In this document: in pieces, positions 26,201 to 38,165 of the stretch | Numbering within the stretch: position 1 is the first letter of the stretch | How the letters are laid out: every line of letters begins with the position of its first letter | NCBI GenBank assembly: GCA_036172245.1 | Contig: JAYWIR010000010.1 | Span: forward strand, 1,178,001-1,242,000 | Length of the DNA stretch: 64,000 nt | DNA from: Raillietiella orientalis | Taxonomy: Eukaryota | Reading direction: 5' to 3' | The notes under the pieces: generated by a model | What the model was told of the DNA's origin: nothing | What the model saw: the letters and a program-made list of their open reading frames with translations, nothing else | The model's database searches: none | Made by a program: the position numbers and the translations under genes

Positions 26201-27089
26201 AAATCAACTCGACTGGACGGCGAGCGAGCTGATGATGGATGCTGCCACTCCTGGTTACCAGACGAAGGGACTGCTTCGGTGGAGCGAGCTTCTGAGTTGT
26301 CACCCGGGTGCGCCGGGGACGCTTATTTAATGAAAAAATAAGCATTTGCAAAGACTATGATTGGACCTTTTCAACCGGAGCCTGACGGATTACCGGTTCG
26401 CAGACCGCTGAGGTCTGCCACGGCAGCAGAAGAGAGAGGGCAAACAAAAAGAATTAGGAACAAAAATAAAAATGAACGAATAAACATTGGGGGAAGAGGA
26501 TGGTGCGGGAACAGATCGCAATCTGCTGCGGTCGGGCCTCTGCATCCTTTCGAGGATACCGGCAAGTTCGCTCCGCATATTTTCTAGGTGGGGCCATCTT
26601 GTAGCCGTCCTCATGAAGCGGACGGCGAAGTGCATGTGGTACCCCTATCGCTCAGTCCTCCACTTGCGTCGCTCCAGGTCTTTACAATTCCGCTTAGACA
26701 GCAGAGAGCTGCTAGCGAAGCTGCCGGTCGAAGGGCGCCGCGTAGGAGGAGGGGTTTCAAAGCGTCACTGGAGCTGCTTCCGGGGGTTCCTAGGGTCGCG
26801 GCGAAGGTTCCCAAAGGGACTGGAGGGCAACCCAATCCGAAAGCAGGTGCAAGAACTGTGGCAGGTGCGCTCCGCTCACCTGCTACAGTTCGGGTCTACA
26901 CCTCCCTCCCTCCCACCGTGTCCAGTGATGACGGAAGGCGTTCCATGGGAACGAGCTTCTGGGGATGCTCTCCGAAGAATGAGCGAAGCTACCTACGCGC
27001 CAAGGCCGTAGCCACACGCCCGCGTTGGCGGCCGTGTGACTGCGATGGTGTCTGCTAGTGACACCAAAAATTGCAGGTTCGAATCTCAC

Positions 27090-27380
27090 CCGGGGAGGGA
27101 TCGACTCCAGAGAAATGGCTGCGTCATGGGTTTTGAGTCCCCCCGCAGGACGACGCCGGTTGGCCTAGAGGCATTGGGCAAACCAGAAACCGGATGACGC
27201 CGTTGACCGGTCAAGATTAGAAGTTGACCCCCTGGGTTCCTTCCAGGAATCAAGTAGACAGTTCCCCTCCGATTGTGATATGGAAGCAATCCCCCTCAGA
27301 GGGCTGCCTCTCCAGATTATCAGAAGTGAGCTGCTCCCTTCGGGGAGCGCGCTTCCGAAGAGGTTGTGGTTCCCCCTTTG
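27090..27380. repeat. Diverged copy of the GC-rich repeat family
   Basis: atcgactccagagaaatgg...gacgccggttggcct...aaaccggatg...ccttccaggaatcaag...gctcccttcggggagcgc matches 59410-59725 and 13760-13800. Confidence 0.65.
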
Positions 27381-28679
27381 TGGTTGGACGCCTCGCTTTT
27401 TCCCTTGAGGTGGAAAAAGGATGTGCTGCTGTTTATGCGCTAGGGGTTCCCTGAACAGTCAGCGTCGGCACATCTTTTCCGGGGGAGTTCCGTCCCCTAA
27501 ACTGTTCCGGGTGCGAGTCGTTCGAATCGTTCCCGCACTTGGTGCCTTTAGACCGCGGTGCCCTCTACGAACTGCGGAGGTGGCTGCGTCTTCGGCTCTC
27601 CTGAACCAAGGAGGGCACCGCCCTAGACTTACTGCAGCGATCCTTCGCGCGCGGATGAGTCTCAGGCAGGCGCTGCGGCTGCAACGAGGTGTTGCATCGT
27701 CAGTCCGCCGCCATGTGCTGGAGTCCCGGGAGCAGCCGAGGTAGGATGCCTGAGAGACAGCCGCCTACGTGAGAACGGCTGCGAGGTGGCTGCATCTGGA
27801 AGGAGTGAAATCGGAGATCGCCGGCATTCTGCGCCCGTACCGAGCGGAAAGGAGCGGCTACATTCCTCTCCAGACCGCCCCAGGAACCGACCTGCGTACC
27901 AGCTTCCTCTTGTTGCTTCGTTTCGGGAGCTGCGTTTCCATCTTGCTCGCTCATCTCTTTTGAATGAACGCCCTGGCGTGACCTGATGAAAAGTTGAATC
28001 GGCGTTTTGATTTGGATTCGATAGCTCAGGAAAGTGGTTTTTGGTTGCATATACATAGAGGAAGAGCTAGTTATGGTTGGAATTGATACCAAGAGAGCGA
28101 CTACTGGCATTGTTTTCTTGAGCTCATTGATTCGGTGAATGTTCCTCTTGTTTAACCACCGTTTGCACAATTATAGAATGACCTGATGGAGTTCCGAATC
28201 AAAATTCCAGCTTCTCAAAGCTTGACTGTGTGAATCTCACTCCATAATTGCATAAACACGTAACGGAAGTCACCGTTCCTACTTCACCCATCTGTTAAAA
28301 CGAATGTTGTATACTGGATAGCAATCATGTGATTCATCTTGTCAGTTTTTTTTTTTTTCTCTCTCCCTCTCTGTTCTTTCCGGTTGGTCGGTCGTTCCTC
28401 GCATATATCTTCGTGCTGGTATGCCTTAGATTAAGCTTTCTGCTAAACTTTTCATGATTGGACCATGTAATTACGTTCACTTAGACATCCTTTCAGCACT
28501 AGGAAAAAAAAACTTTCTCAAAGTTCATCTCACTCTTCGTTCAACAGAAGTTCCGGATGCTTCAAGGAAAAGTGTTTGCCAACATGACTTGACGTAATTT
28601 GCGTGCTTTCGGGGATCCTCACAAGAATATGGACTCAATCAATTCACACATCGGATGCCTTCTTTCCACATTGCAGACG

Positions 28680-29330
28680 CATCCTTGGGCACCCCCGTTC
28701 GACTACTTCCTAAGACATTTATCCTTCACCCGAAGCCTGCAGCTTGTTCTTTGTAAAAAACTAAAATAAAAAAAAAAAGGCCAAAGTATTCGGATTAAGA
28801 GTAGATTTGCAGATGAAGGCATTCACTTTTTCGAAAGCAAAACAAACTTTCTGGTCACCCTAAACTTATCTTAAGTATCCAAAACGTTGGCAGGTCTGCT
28901 CGTCCTCGCTTTTATCCACATACTTGCATTTCTCTCTGAACTGTGTATTCGTGCGTATCTCAAGAACGCTCTCGAGGCAAAAACCAAAAGACCTTGGAAT
29001 GCGAACTCTCCGCCACTGGTATGTTGCTGCACCATGCCTAAAGTTAACGAAACACCGAGCCAACGTCTTTTCGATGAAGCACCGGAAGGGAGAGATTAAA
29101 TCCTCTCTGAATTGCTCACTGTCGCATGCTCGGATGTGTGTTCTCTTTCCAGATGAACCTTCTTTCTCTCTTTATCGTACCACGCACCCTTAGCGACGAG
29201 AGCGCCATGTACACAAGCTCTCCTCATACCAAAAGCTGAAGAAAACCACCATGACTACTTTTGATACGTTCAGCACCACAGCAAGTGGCAGTAGTAAAAG
29301 TGCCTTTGCTTGACTGAACGGCTATTTTTC
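28680..29330 (+). mobile_element. Possible decayed piggyBac-like transposase
   Basis: TPFDYFL (~SPLDYF), PWNANSPP..TMPK..RLFDE (~WS...P...TMSxNRF...LxFDD), DEPSFSLYR (~DExLxPFKGR), HDYFDTFST (~YxDNFFTS), in the expected order. Confidence 0.3.
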
Positions 29331-30477
29331 TTCCTTTCGTTAGCCAATTCATGAGTTACCATTACTTTGAAGCAAGTATTGATGAACCGACCTTGCTGTC
29401 AGGACACGGCTTTGCCAACATCATGGTGTCTCGGAACCTGCATTTTTAGAAAGTACACCCGCCAACTTCTGCTGGAAAACGAAAATTATGTGAAGTACGA
29501 GAGTGTTATCTTGTTCTTGCCTTAAAATATCCATTCCTGAATCAGTTCCTTCGTTCAAATGTGCACCACTTTGCAATCTTCCTATTCCTGCAAAAAAAAA
29601 AAGCATTATTAAAGCAGTTTCCAATGAATCTTGGGAATATTAACAAATCACATTTTTATATTAATGATCATGAGAGATCACGAGGTTCTGCCCTCTCATT
29701 TTCATATAGCTGTGAAGCAGCATTCTTGCACCTCAGACTTGCCCACCAACCAACACTTTTGGCATTCAGAACATTAGATATAGCAGATTATACCATTTCT
29801 AAGCTTGTAGACACGAAAGGCTTTCACTAAAATCAGCACTGGTATTTAGATCCTCAGCTTGTGACTGGGATCTAAATGCCAGTATTTGATGCTCATAGGA
29901 CTAGAATTTCAAGAATATTTGCACTGAAATCCTGGAATTCGTGAAGAATCCAGGACTCATAAGACTGGAATGAATAGAAGTTATCATAATAGAGTCTTTT
30001 TGCCATGTGTGTTCATGCTCTGTACATTTGCAGTCACAATTCAAGTCATTTGTTGCGAGCATCCTTTGAACATGTAGACTCATCAAATTGAGGAAATAAC
30101 TTATGTGAAAGAGTGATTCTGGTATGATCACGAGAAAGCAGTATAAATCACCATTACGTGTAGCATTGAAAGGTTGAAAAAGAAGATACATATTAGAAGT
30201 TGGCAACATGACGCTCAAAGCAAAACTCTAGCCAGCAAATCTATTTTTTCTTTTTTTTTCAATAGATTGCAGTTATTCCGTTTCCATAATAAACCCAACT
30301 AAGTACGTCATTAACTGTGATAACATGGCAGGGTGCACACTCTTGCACCGTAATCACGTATGTGAATGACCCTAAATTTATAAATTACGCATTTCATACA
30401 AAAGTCCATCTTACCAAGCAGGCAAATAATTGTCCAACTCAGCTTACCAATCTGCTTTCAATCCCTACCCTTTTTGA

Positions 30478-31830
30478 ACGAGTTTGCAAATGAATAAATT
30501 TTAGGCACTCTGTGCTTAGTTATGTTTATGTATAAATCGACAACTTGTACTTTTTTCACAATCACTAGAAAATTCAAAATATCGACCTTGGCTGTAGTCA
30601 TTTGAAAAATTACCTTCAGAATTCCTTTTGGTAATTACACGTTGTTCTTTCGCTTTAGCACACGTTTGTTCGGACAGTTATAACGACGATAATGCCTGTA
30701 TAATACGCTCTGCTGTCATGAAAGAAACCTGCTGCAAGACTTTGACCCAATTAAGAGTTGCAGTATTGTATTCTGTGCATTAGGTGCTCTTCATAATCAT
30801 ACTCGAATTTGCCAGGAAAGTGCACCAAAGTTTATACGTTGGTAAACTATTGTGAAAAGTTTCAAAAATTGTCCTTTATTTTAAATAATATCGTACATAC
30901 AGTATTTTTTATGAGCTCTTTGAGGAATTTCTTCTTCATTCTTTCCATATATTCAAGAGCTCAAACTCTCCTACTACTTTTGGAGATCTTGTTGGAAGGC
31001 TTCAACTGTTCAGAGAACCGAATTGAATTTTTTTTATGAAAAGTCTGGTCAACGTTTAATTATTTAAATGCAAATTCATGATAAATGAAGCCTCAATCAT
31101 TAAAAAGAAAACCCAGTGTTACTTTCAACTTTGATCGACATAATTGGACCTCTTTTAGGCGCTATAAGGTGTATTTGAAACATACATGTTTCGACACTAG
31201 TAACCATCCAAGATATTCCTATCCTCGTTTCAGATCCTGTCTACAGTGCACCTTTTGACTAGAATCAATAAACAATCTTGGAACAAATTTTGCAGACACT
31301 CGAATGCATACAATGTGTCCTTAGCCAAAACTTTGTTGCATGTTCCAGTTCTATCAACAGTTTTAGAATGGTTGATCTTCGACTATGTTGAAGTATCTCT
31401 CTTAACCTTACAAATCACTTGATCATTGCTTATATTGGAGAGAATGCAACCATCTTCGACGTATTCTTTGCCTTCTTGAAAATGCTGTACCAACTAATGA
31501 ACGACGACTGCACCAAGTGCACAGCAATTGTCCCAAAAACACAGTATCATCGGTCCTTTTCTTAGCATTTGGAGTCTTTTCCCTCTAATGTTACCACTTC
31601 CACATGGAAACTGATGTAGAAACGTTGTTCCTCGTTTCTATCGATTATTACCGAAACGGAGTATAGAGGACTATTTGTGTTGGTATGTGTTTGGTTTTGG
31701 AAATGAGAAGGTGGCTCATTCTGGGCATACGACCACATCTCAGCTTCGTTTGCAACATAGGCTAGTACGTTGTCTCGAGAGAGGCTGGAGAAATAGACTG
31801 TCTCGCAGACTTTAGAAGCGATCCGAGGCA
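30478..31830 (-). mobile_element. Decayed mariner (Tc1/mariner) element, ~1.35 kb, transposase pseudogene
   Basis: Minus: EQRFYISF (~EQRxxIKF), HFQEGKEYVED (~RFKEGRESVED), RVSAKFVPRL, VTSVETC (~VTGDETW), KVTLGF..LIYHEF, FFHD, QGRYFE. TIR-like remnants at ~30478-30512 and ~31797-31830. Confidence 0.75.
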
Positions 31831-33157
31831 AAGCTGATTGCGTGACCACATATTGATCTGTTTAACGCGCTGCCGAATCTCATGTGTTACGTAGCGATTT
31901 CAGTGGTGCGTCTCGGCATTCCTCTTATCCAAAACATGCACTGACTTTTGATGGGGGCTGATTGAGGTTACATTCTTCCAGCGGCAAAAATAAGGGGTCG
32001 CTCGCTGGTGGGGTTGGCAACTTGGGATTCCTTGCGAATGCTTCCGGTGCGCACCTGAAGGAGTTGGCTCTGCGGTTCGATGGTGCGTGTGAAATGCACG
32101 TGAAGAACGGGAGCAAGTGCGGGTAGTGGAACTCAAAGTTTGTGTACATATTTTGGTCGAATTGATTGTAAAATGTGGAAGTTTCTTAAGCGGGTTAACT
32201 ATAAAGTTTACGTTTTGACTACATTTGCATTCCCATCCTAATGATTGGATAGTATTATTGACTGATTAGAAGACACTACACTATCAGCATATATGCCAAC
32301 AAAACCATGTCTGCATGCTAAATTTTGCTTCATAGTACATTTAACGGTAATTCATAGACAGTGTCGCAGAATGCTATGTAAAGCCTCCATGACTCCACGG
32401 TAAAGTCTTTAACAGTTTTCAGTAAAATCAATTTTGAAGGCAAAGTAAAGAGATTTTCTGTATAAGAAAAAGAGATTTCTGATAAAACATTTTATGGAAA
32501 AAATCAGTGTCAGGCGTAGATTCTAATCCTGAAAGGCATTGTTCCAATAGAACTTAAGTAAAAAATGAAGTATGGAGGAAACAAGAGCATATTTTTCTTT
32601 GTACACCCTCTCTTTCCCTCAGCTCTCTGAATTGTGAACGTGCGGGAATTCCAAATCTTAATTGCCGAAACTGTCCAGTCATACTTGTTCTCTACATTGT
32701 TCTCTGTATATCAGTTTTTATTATCTTCATTATTTATTGTTCATAAGTTCATATTATTTTACAGGACTGCGTTATAGATTAGTAGCAAGTTAACTGTCAG
32801 TTGAGTGTTACATAAATGGGAAAGAATTTGGAGATTATGAGTCATTTTGTCTTTCATATTCAAAAAATTAGTTCACCTGCATTGTGGGAATACCGTGAAA
32901 GTGAAAATATTCAGAGCCACATGAAACTGATCAAATGTAATTTGTAAACTCATTCAATATGCAGTACAGTAAATTGGATTTTTGTGAATTCAGGATTTTA
33001 TTTTGATTATTAAGTATTTCGTATACTAATACAAAATTTTAAACAGAAATATAGTATTTGGTAGCATAAACGGTATTTGAGATATTGATTATTATATTTC
33101 AAATTTCAGTACTCTTTAACAATTATTCGATGAATACTTTAATGTAACCCACAGAAA

Positions 33158-34439
33158 ATGTTCACTCCTCATGAGAATCGTATTTGTTGCACAATTGCTT
33201 TATGTTTGCTGATTGCAGTTGTCAGTGGTGTGTCCCTTCTTTATCTCACAGTGTTTCTGTATATACCTTCTCACAAAACACTGTTGGGTGAATTTCAAGA
33301 TGAAGCTGTTATATGCAGAACAGTTAAGGCAGGAAAGGAGGTAAAAGAAAATACAAACTGGAGTACATGTAGTGAATGGTGTCTTTCTAAAACTGCAAGT
33401 AATTCTATGCAAGTATGGGTCTTTGTCCGAAAGAAAGGAGCTTCAGCAAAATTTTTCAATTGCACAAACTATAAGGAACAACAATGTACTCATTTAAGTC
33501 CATCTCACATAATGCCACTAAACTGTAGCCACCATCCTATGTGCAAAAATATTGATGGATTTTATAATTGCTCCCAGGAAGGTTACTGTCAGCATATTAC
33601 ACCATTTTTTGATTGCAAGGGAAGTACTAAGGGACTAGAACCTGTAAACTGTAACATTATTGAGCGTTGCAATAAGATAAAAGGGATGTTCTCATGCAGT
33701 AGAGGTTTATGTAGCAAATTGAACATGAACTGTGAACTGCGATGCAGTAGAATTGCACTTGCAAAACCATTTCTTAAAAATGTTGTGTTTTTCACTGGCA
33801 GTGGAATAGCAACAGCTACATGTGAAGATAGTGATAAAGTTGGCTTCACAAGAGCAGATATATTTTTGGGAAAATGTTCACATCTCAAGAACACATTACA
33901 TTCAACAGAATCCAAAAAATTTGATATGATAGGTGATGATTGTGTTGATGGTATGATATTGAATCACAACAAAATTTCTTCAGAAATAAGTTACACAAAA
34001 CTCCTTGAAACTTATGAAAATGTTCTAAGATCAGATGTGCGTAATCTCAATATTAGCATAACTGAATCTCGTGTGTTTCCATATGAATCTCATCTTCAGA
34101 TTATCAATAAAACTAGACTCCTTGTTAATGTGGAGGGGTGTGTCAATACTCTAAAAGATGAATGCAATACGATATACACAAATATAATTGGGAGAGACGG
34201 CAGTCATTTTGAAGCACCTGCAATTTATCCATGTTATATGAGCCCATTATATATAAATGATTTTGTTGTACTCAGATATAATAGGAAATTCACACTCTTT
34301 ACTACTGTATTAGCATCAGCAATTCCAAGTGGACTTCTTGCAGTTAGTTGTCTATGTTTGTTCCTGTGCTCCAGATTTGTAAAAGTGGAAGGAGCAAGAA
34401 TGAAATTGAGTTTTTTTTTGTTTTCGGAAAATGAGCAAG
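33158..34439 (+). CDS. TipE-homolog (Teh3/Teh4-type) voltage-gated sodium channel auxiliary subunit, main coding exon
   Basis: 429-aa ORF with an N-terminal TM (ICCTIALCLLIAVVSGVSLLYLTVFLYIPS), WSTCSEWCLSK, a long Cys-rich EGF-like extracellular loop, GCVNTLKDEC, GRDG..AIYPCY..DFVVLRY and a second TM (VLASAIPSGLLAVSCLCLFLCS). The ORF ends at a strong donor AAG|gtaagt (34440), so the true C-terminus is probably in a later exon. Teh3 versus Teh4 cannot be resolved by eye. Confidence 0.88.
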
Positions 34440-36152
34440 GTAAGTAAGTCCTACAGGAATTTCAGTGTTTCTGAAGTTCTTACTTTGTTTTAACTTATGT
34501 GATGGTTGTTCATGATGCAATAAGCACTAATCATTGAGCATACTGTCACAGAACTAGGAAAACCATTTGTAATATAAAATATCAACATCATGAACAGTAT
34601 CTGGGCTATTTATCCAAAGGTTCTTAATCTTTTTTAAATAAGTTATGGAAGTTTAGAAAATGACTGAAAAATTTGTTTTGGAAAAACAGTAAGAGGGAAT
34701 ATAATTTTTAGCAAATTCTAGGAAATTATGTGAAAATTTTTCAGCAATGACTCATCAATTAGTAGTTTTGTTCTTTTACATTACATGAAGTGTTATTAGT
34801 GTTAATTAATTTTAATTTTTGATTGTAGAATAATTTATTTCATGAGATTTTTATAAAGTAGTATGTAATTACACGATCAAATTTAATAATGAAAGTTATG
34901 ATTTTAGTCTTTATATTTCATTTTTCAATCAGTTTACGATTGATACTGTAATAATCCATGCAAGCTTATTGTTACAGAATGCTTCAAATTGTTTGATTAA
35001 GATAGTAAGTTATAGCATACAGATTTCTTAAGTACATTCACAAAAGAAAATGAAGTAATACACCTGAATTGGATGTTTTCAATGAAATATTTAGGCTGCT
35101 TATTTATTTATGAATTATTCAGTATATCCTTCAATTAATTTCTATTTAGAAAATTACTTTGAAAACAAGCTTAAGCTCCATCACTTTTAAATATTTGCAG
35201 CTATGATGGCCTCGGAATTTGTAAAAACAATAGCATGCTAGTGTATTATTATAATGGCACATAAACCATAGAAGAATATCAAGTGGTCCCATAATTTGCG
35301 AAAGTGTCTTCTCATATCAAAACAAATCATGAAGTGTTGCAAAGCATTCCCATGCTTGTGTATTCAAAGCATCCTTATGGTAGAGGATTCACATAATTGC
35401 ATGTAGCTTGAATTGATCTTATTTACTCAGGTGCACTGAGTTTTTTAAGAAAAAGCATTTACACAAATATTTAAAGGCTCCATGTTGAGAATAGTGATGT
35501 ATGTTTTTGAATTTTAGGTAGGGTTTGCAAAACTTTCACATATGGATATTAAGACCACATTGTCATTTGTAGTCTTTGTTTCTAAAGAATCAAATCGTGT
35601 ATATTTTGTGCCCTAATTTTGACAGAAATGTTGCGTAAGGTTGCATTTTTTAACCTGCTGTGGGGCATGTTTTTTTTATTAATTGAACTAAATAAGTAAT
35701 TGGAAATTATATAAGTATCAGCATGGAATTAAAGCAAGTTTGTAATTTGAGTAAATCATAGTATATTTTTGTCAATTTTAACTTTAAAAAACAATAAAAT
35801 TTCAGAAAATAACCTTTTAATTAATTAATCATAGACCTTATCTTGTAAGCCCTGTACTTGGATCATTTTTTGTTATCATAATATGCATTTGAAGTTAATT
35901 CATTTATAATTTACTCAAAGGAATGTGGGTTGCAAAGTTCACTGATGATCATGAGAATATGATGTTATTGCATTCAATGCTGCTTCTACCAGTTTTCATA
36001 TCTCAAAGGTCGTACCCATTTATCATTTCTTCATGTAAAAGGAAAGAAGCTGAAATTGTTGTTTTTAAAAAAGATCTCTTAGTACCTCTTCTATCCGGAT
36101 TTTTATTGTGACAATTTCAGTCATGACTATATATTATACAATGCTGTTTCAG

Positions 36153-36175
36153 ATCAAAAGTTTGTTGAACTCTGA
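36153..36175 (+). CDS. Candidate terminal coding exon of the Teh gene (DQKFVEL*)
   Basis: tgtttcag acceptor at 36151-36152, phase-compatible with the 34439 donor; stop at 36173-36175; the exon closes at a good donor AG|gtaagt (36198). Confidence 0.4.
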
Positions 36176-38092
36176 AGCATATGGTACAGATTTCTAGGTA
36201 AGTCTGGAATGATGTTTGTATTGCTAGAATCTTACATAATCATAAGTTGTTACAACAAAGAGTAACTGTTAATCATTTTTTTAACTTAGTAATGTTTTAC
36301 AAGAAATTGATTGAAGTAACCACTAAATTTATGCAGGAAGTGCACATCATAGTAGAGCAGTTTTTTTGTTATCACTCACAACATATGGAAGTTCAAAAAA
36401 AATCATATGATATGTTTGTTTTGTTCTAATGTTCGTTTAATAAATTTTATACTTTATCACTCATTTGTGCCTTTTTTTTTTGGTTCATAGCCTATTTTTA
36501 ACCAGCATGTTTTTGAGCTGGAATTTTTGTTTCATTATTTAGATGTAGTTTTCATTTGAAGTACACATACATGCTTTTCGAATTTGGGCATATAAATACG
36601 TACCTGTTACATAATAATTGCAACATTGTGCTTGTCTCATCTTCAGTAACACTATGTAAATGCAATTTTTAATTTATCAATATATTTCAAAGTGACCAGT
36701 TAGCCAGATATTTTGAAGAAATGCAACAAAATATGCATGCAGTAAGCCCATCACTACCAGTGGACCAGTTGACTACAAGGAGACTTTCATTGTTTTCTAA
36801 TTGCTTGTCATTTTATTTGCAACATTCTACATTTCAACATTAATGAATGTGGTATGAAAGTTTCAGTCAATGAACAACTCTTAGTCAAAACTTTTTAGGC
36901 CAAAAAATTTTGTTTTTTTTTTTCCAACCAGATAATTAATGCTATAAAAGTGCAAATTGAGAAATGTGTAAAACACAATCACATTCTTATATTGGGCAAA
37001 CAAAATTGCATCATCCATCGAGAACCCTTCCCCCCTCCCCCAGCGATTTTAATCATCTGAAAGATCATGATCTTCACAGGTTTCAAATCATTTAAGTTGA
37101 TAAATCTATGAAATCTTTCCATTTCCTGAGTATTTTGAACACCGAAAGTAACAAAAATCAAACAGCTTTTTTGTCTGTAACGCAACCCGGAAGTTGCAAG
37201 ATGCGAAACAGTAGCCACGGCTAAATGGGGATTTTCAAAAATTAGTCACTTTCAGTAATATTTGAAATAGAAATAATGTAGTAAATATTCAAATGGAAAA
37301 TGGAATTTGGATTCACAGGTTTATTCCGTGAATGGAAAACATGATTTTAACGTTTCCGTTGTGCTTTCTCTTATATTTAATGTGGTTAATTATATCTTTT
37401 CAGTCACAGTGTCGAATTTGGGCATCTCTGCTTTTCACGTGCAGCGTTGGTGAAGCATATTATGTTTTTATGCATTCAACTCGAAATCACAAATTGTCAG
37501 TGAAAACTGATTTCCAAAAAATATTTCTTGAAGCATTTGTGTTTGGTTACACTTAGATGTAGCATCCTAGTTTATGCTCTGTCCTGTAAAATATTTTATG
37601 TATTCTAAATAAAAGTGTTACCAATAATTTGTTGGCGTGTATTTACATATCGATTTTTAGACTTGCTATACTTGTTGGAAGCCTTGTTGTGCGGGTGCGC
37701 AAGCAAGTCTCTAAAAAGAAATAGAAAGTAATCATCTAATTTAATGGAGTTCCTATATGGAGCTTGTACGGTTCTGTGGATGACAAACATGCAAACGGTA
37801 AAGATAATTGAAAAACATGGATATCTGCCTAATAAACGTAATTTTTTTAGTAATAAAAAAAGGAAGAAAAATTATCATTTGATGATGATGAGCATTAACA
37901 ATAACTGAAACTGAAGCTTATTCATCATGAAAGTTTGTCTTTGAGATGCCTTTAATGACCTTGTTCATTGCGACTATGATGGTAAACGTTCAGGTCTCGT
38001 GACCATTTTGACAGGCTACAGTACAAGTGGAATGGAGCTTGAAATTTGACGAATAACATTGCTTATGCAGATTCTCTTAGAAGTTACCAATA

Positions 38093-38165
38093 ACTGAAGT
38101 GTTAGCGGAACTTGGAACCATCCAAAGACTGAAGTGTTAGCGGAACTTGGAACCATCCAAAGACT
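38093..38165. repeat. Perfect 35-bp tandem duplication
   Basis: actgaagtgttagcggaacttggaaccatccaaag twice (38093-38127, 38128-38162) plus act. Confidence 0.95.

Noticed and set aside
1..28200. Many 60-370 aa ORFs in the ORF track (e.g. 5468..6352, 8143..8928, 16875..17984)
   Set aside because: They overlap in all six frames, are Arg/Ser/Pro-rich, and have no coherent domain or splice structure. This is expected from GC-rich decayed TE sequence; motif traces jump between frames.
29860..29885. miR-193-like seed (TACTGGC) in the hairpin, minus strand
   Set aside because: It lies on the 5' arm and the remainder diverges from miR-193; not enough to name it.
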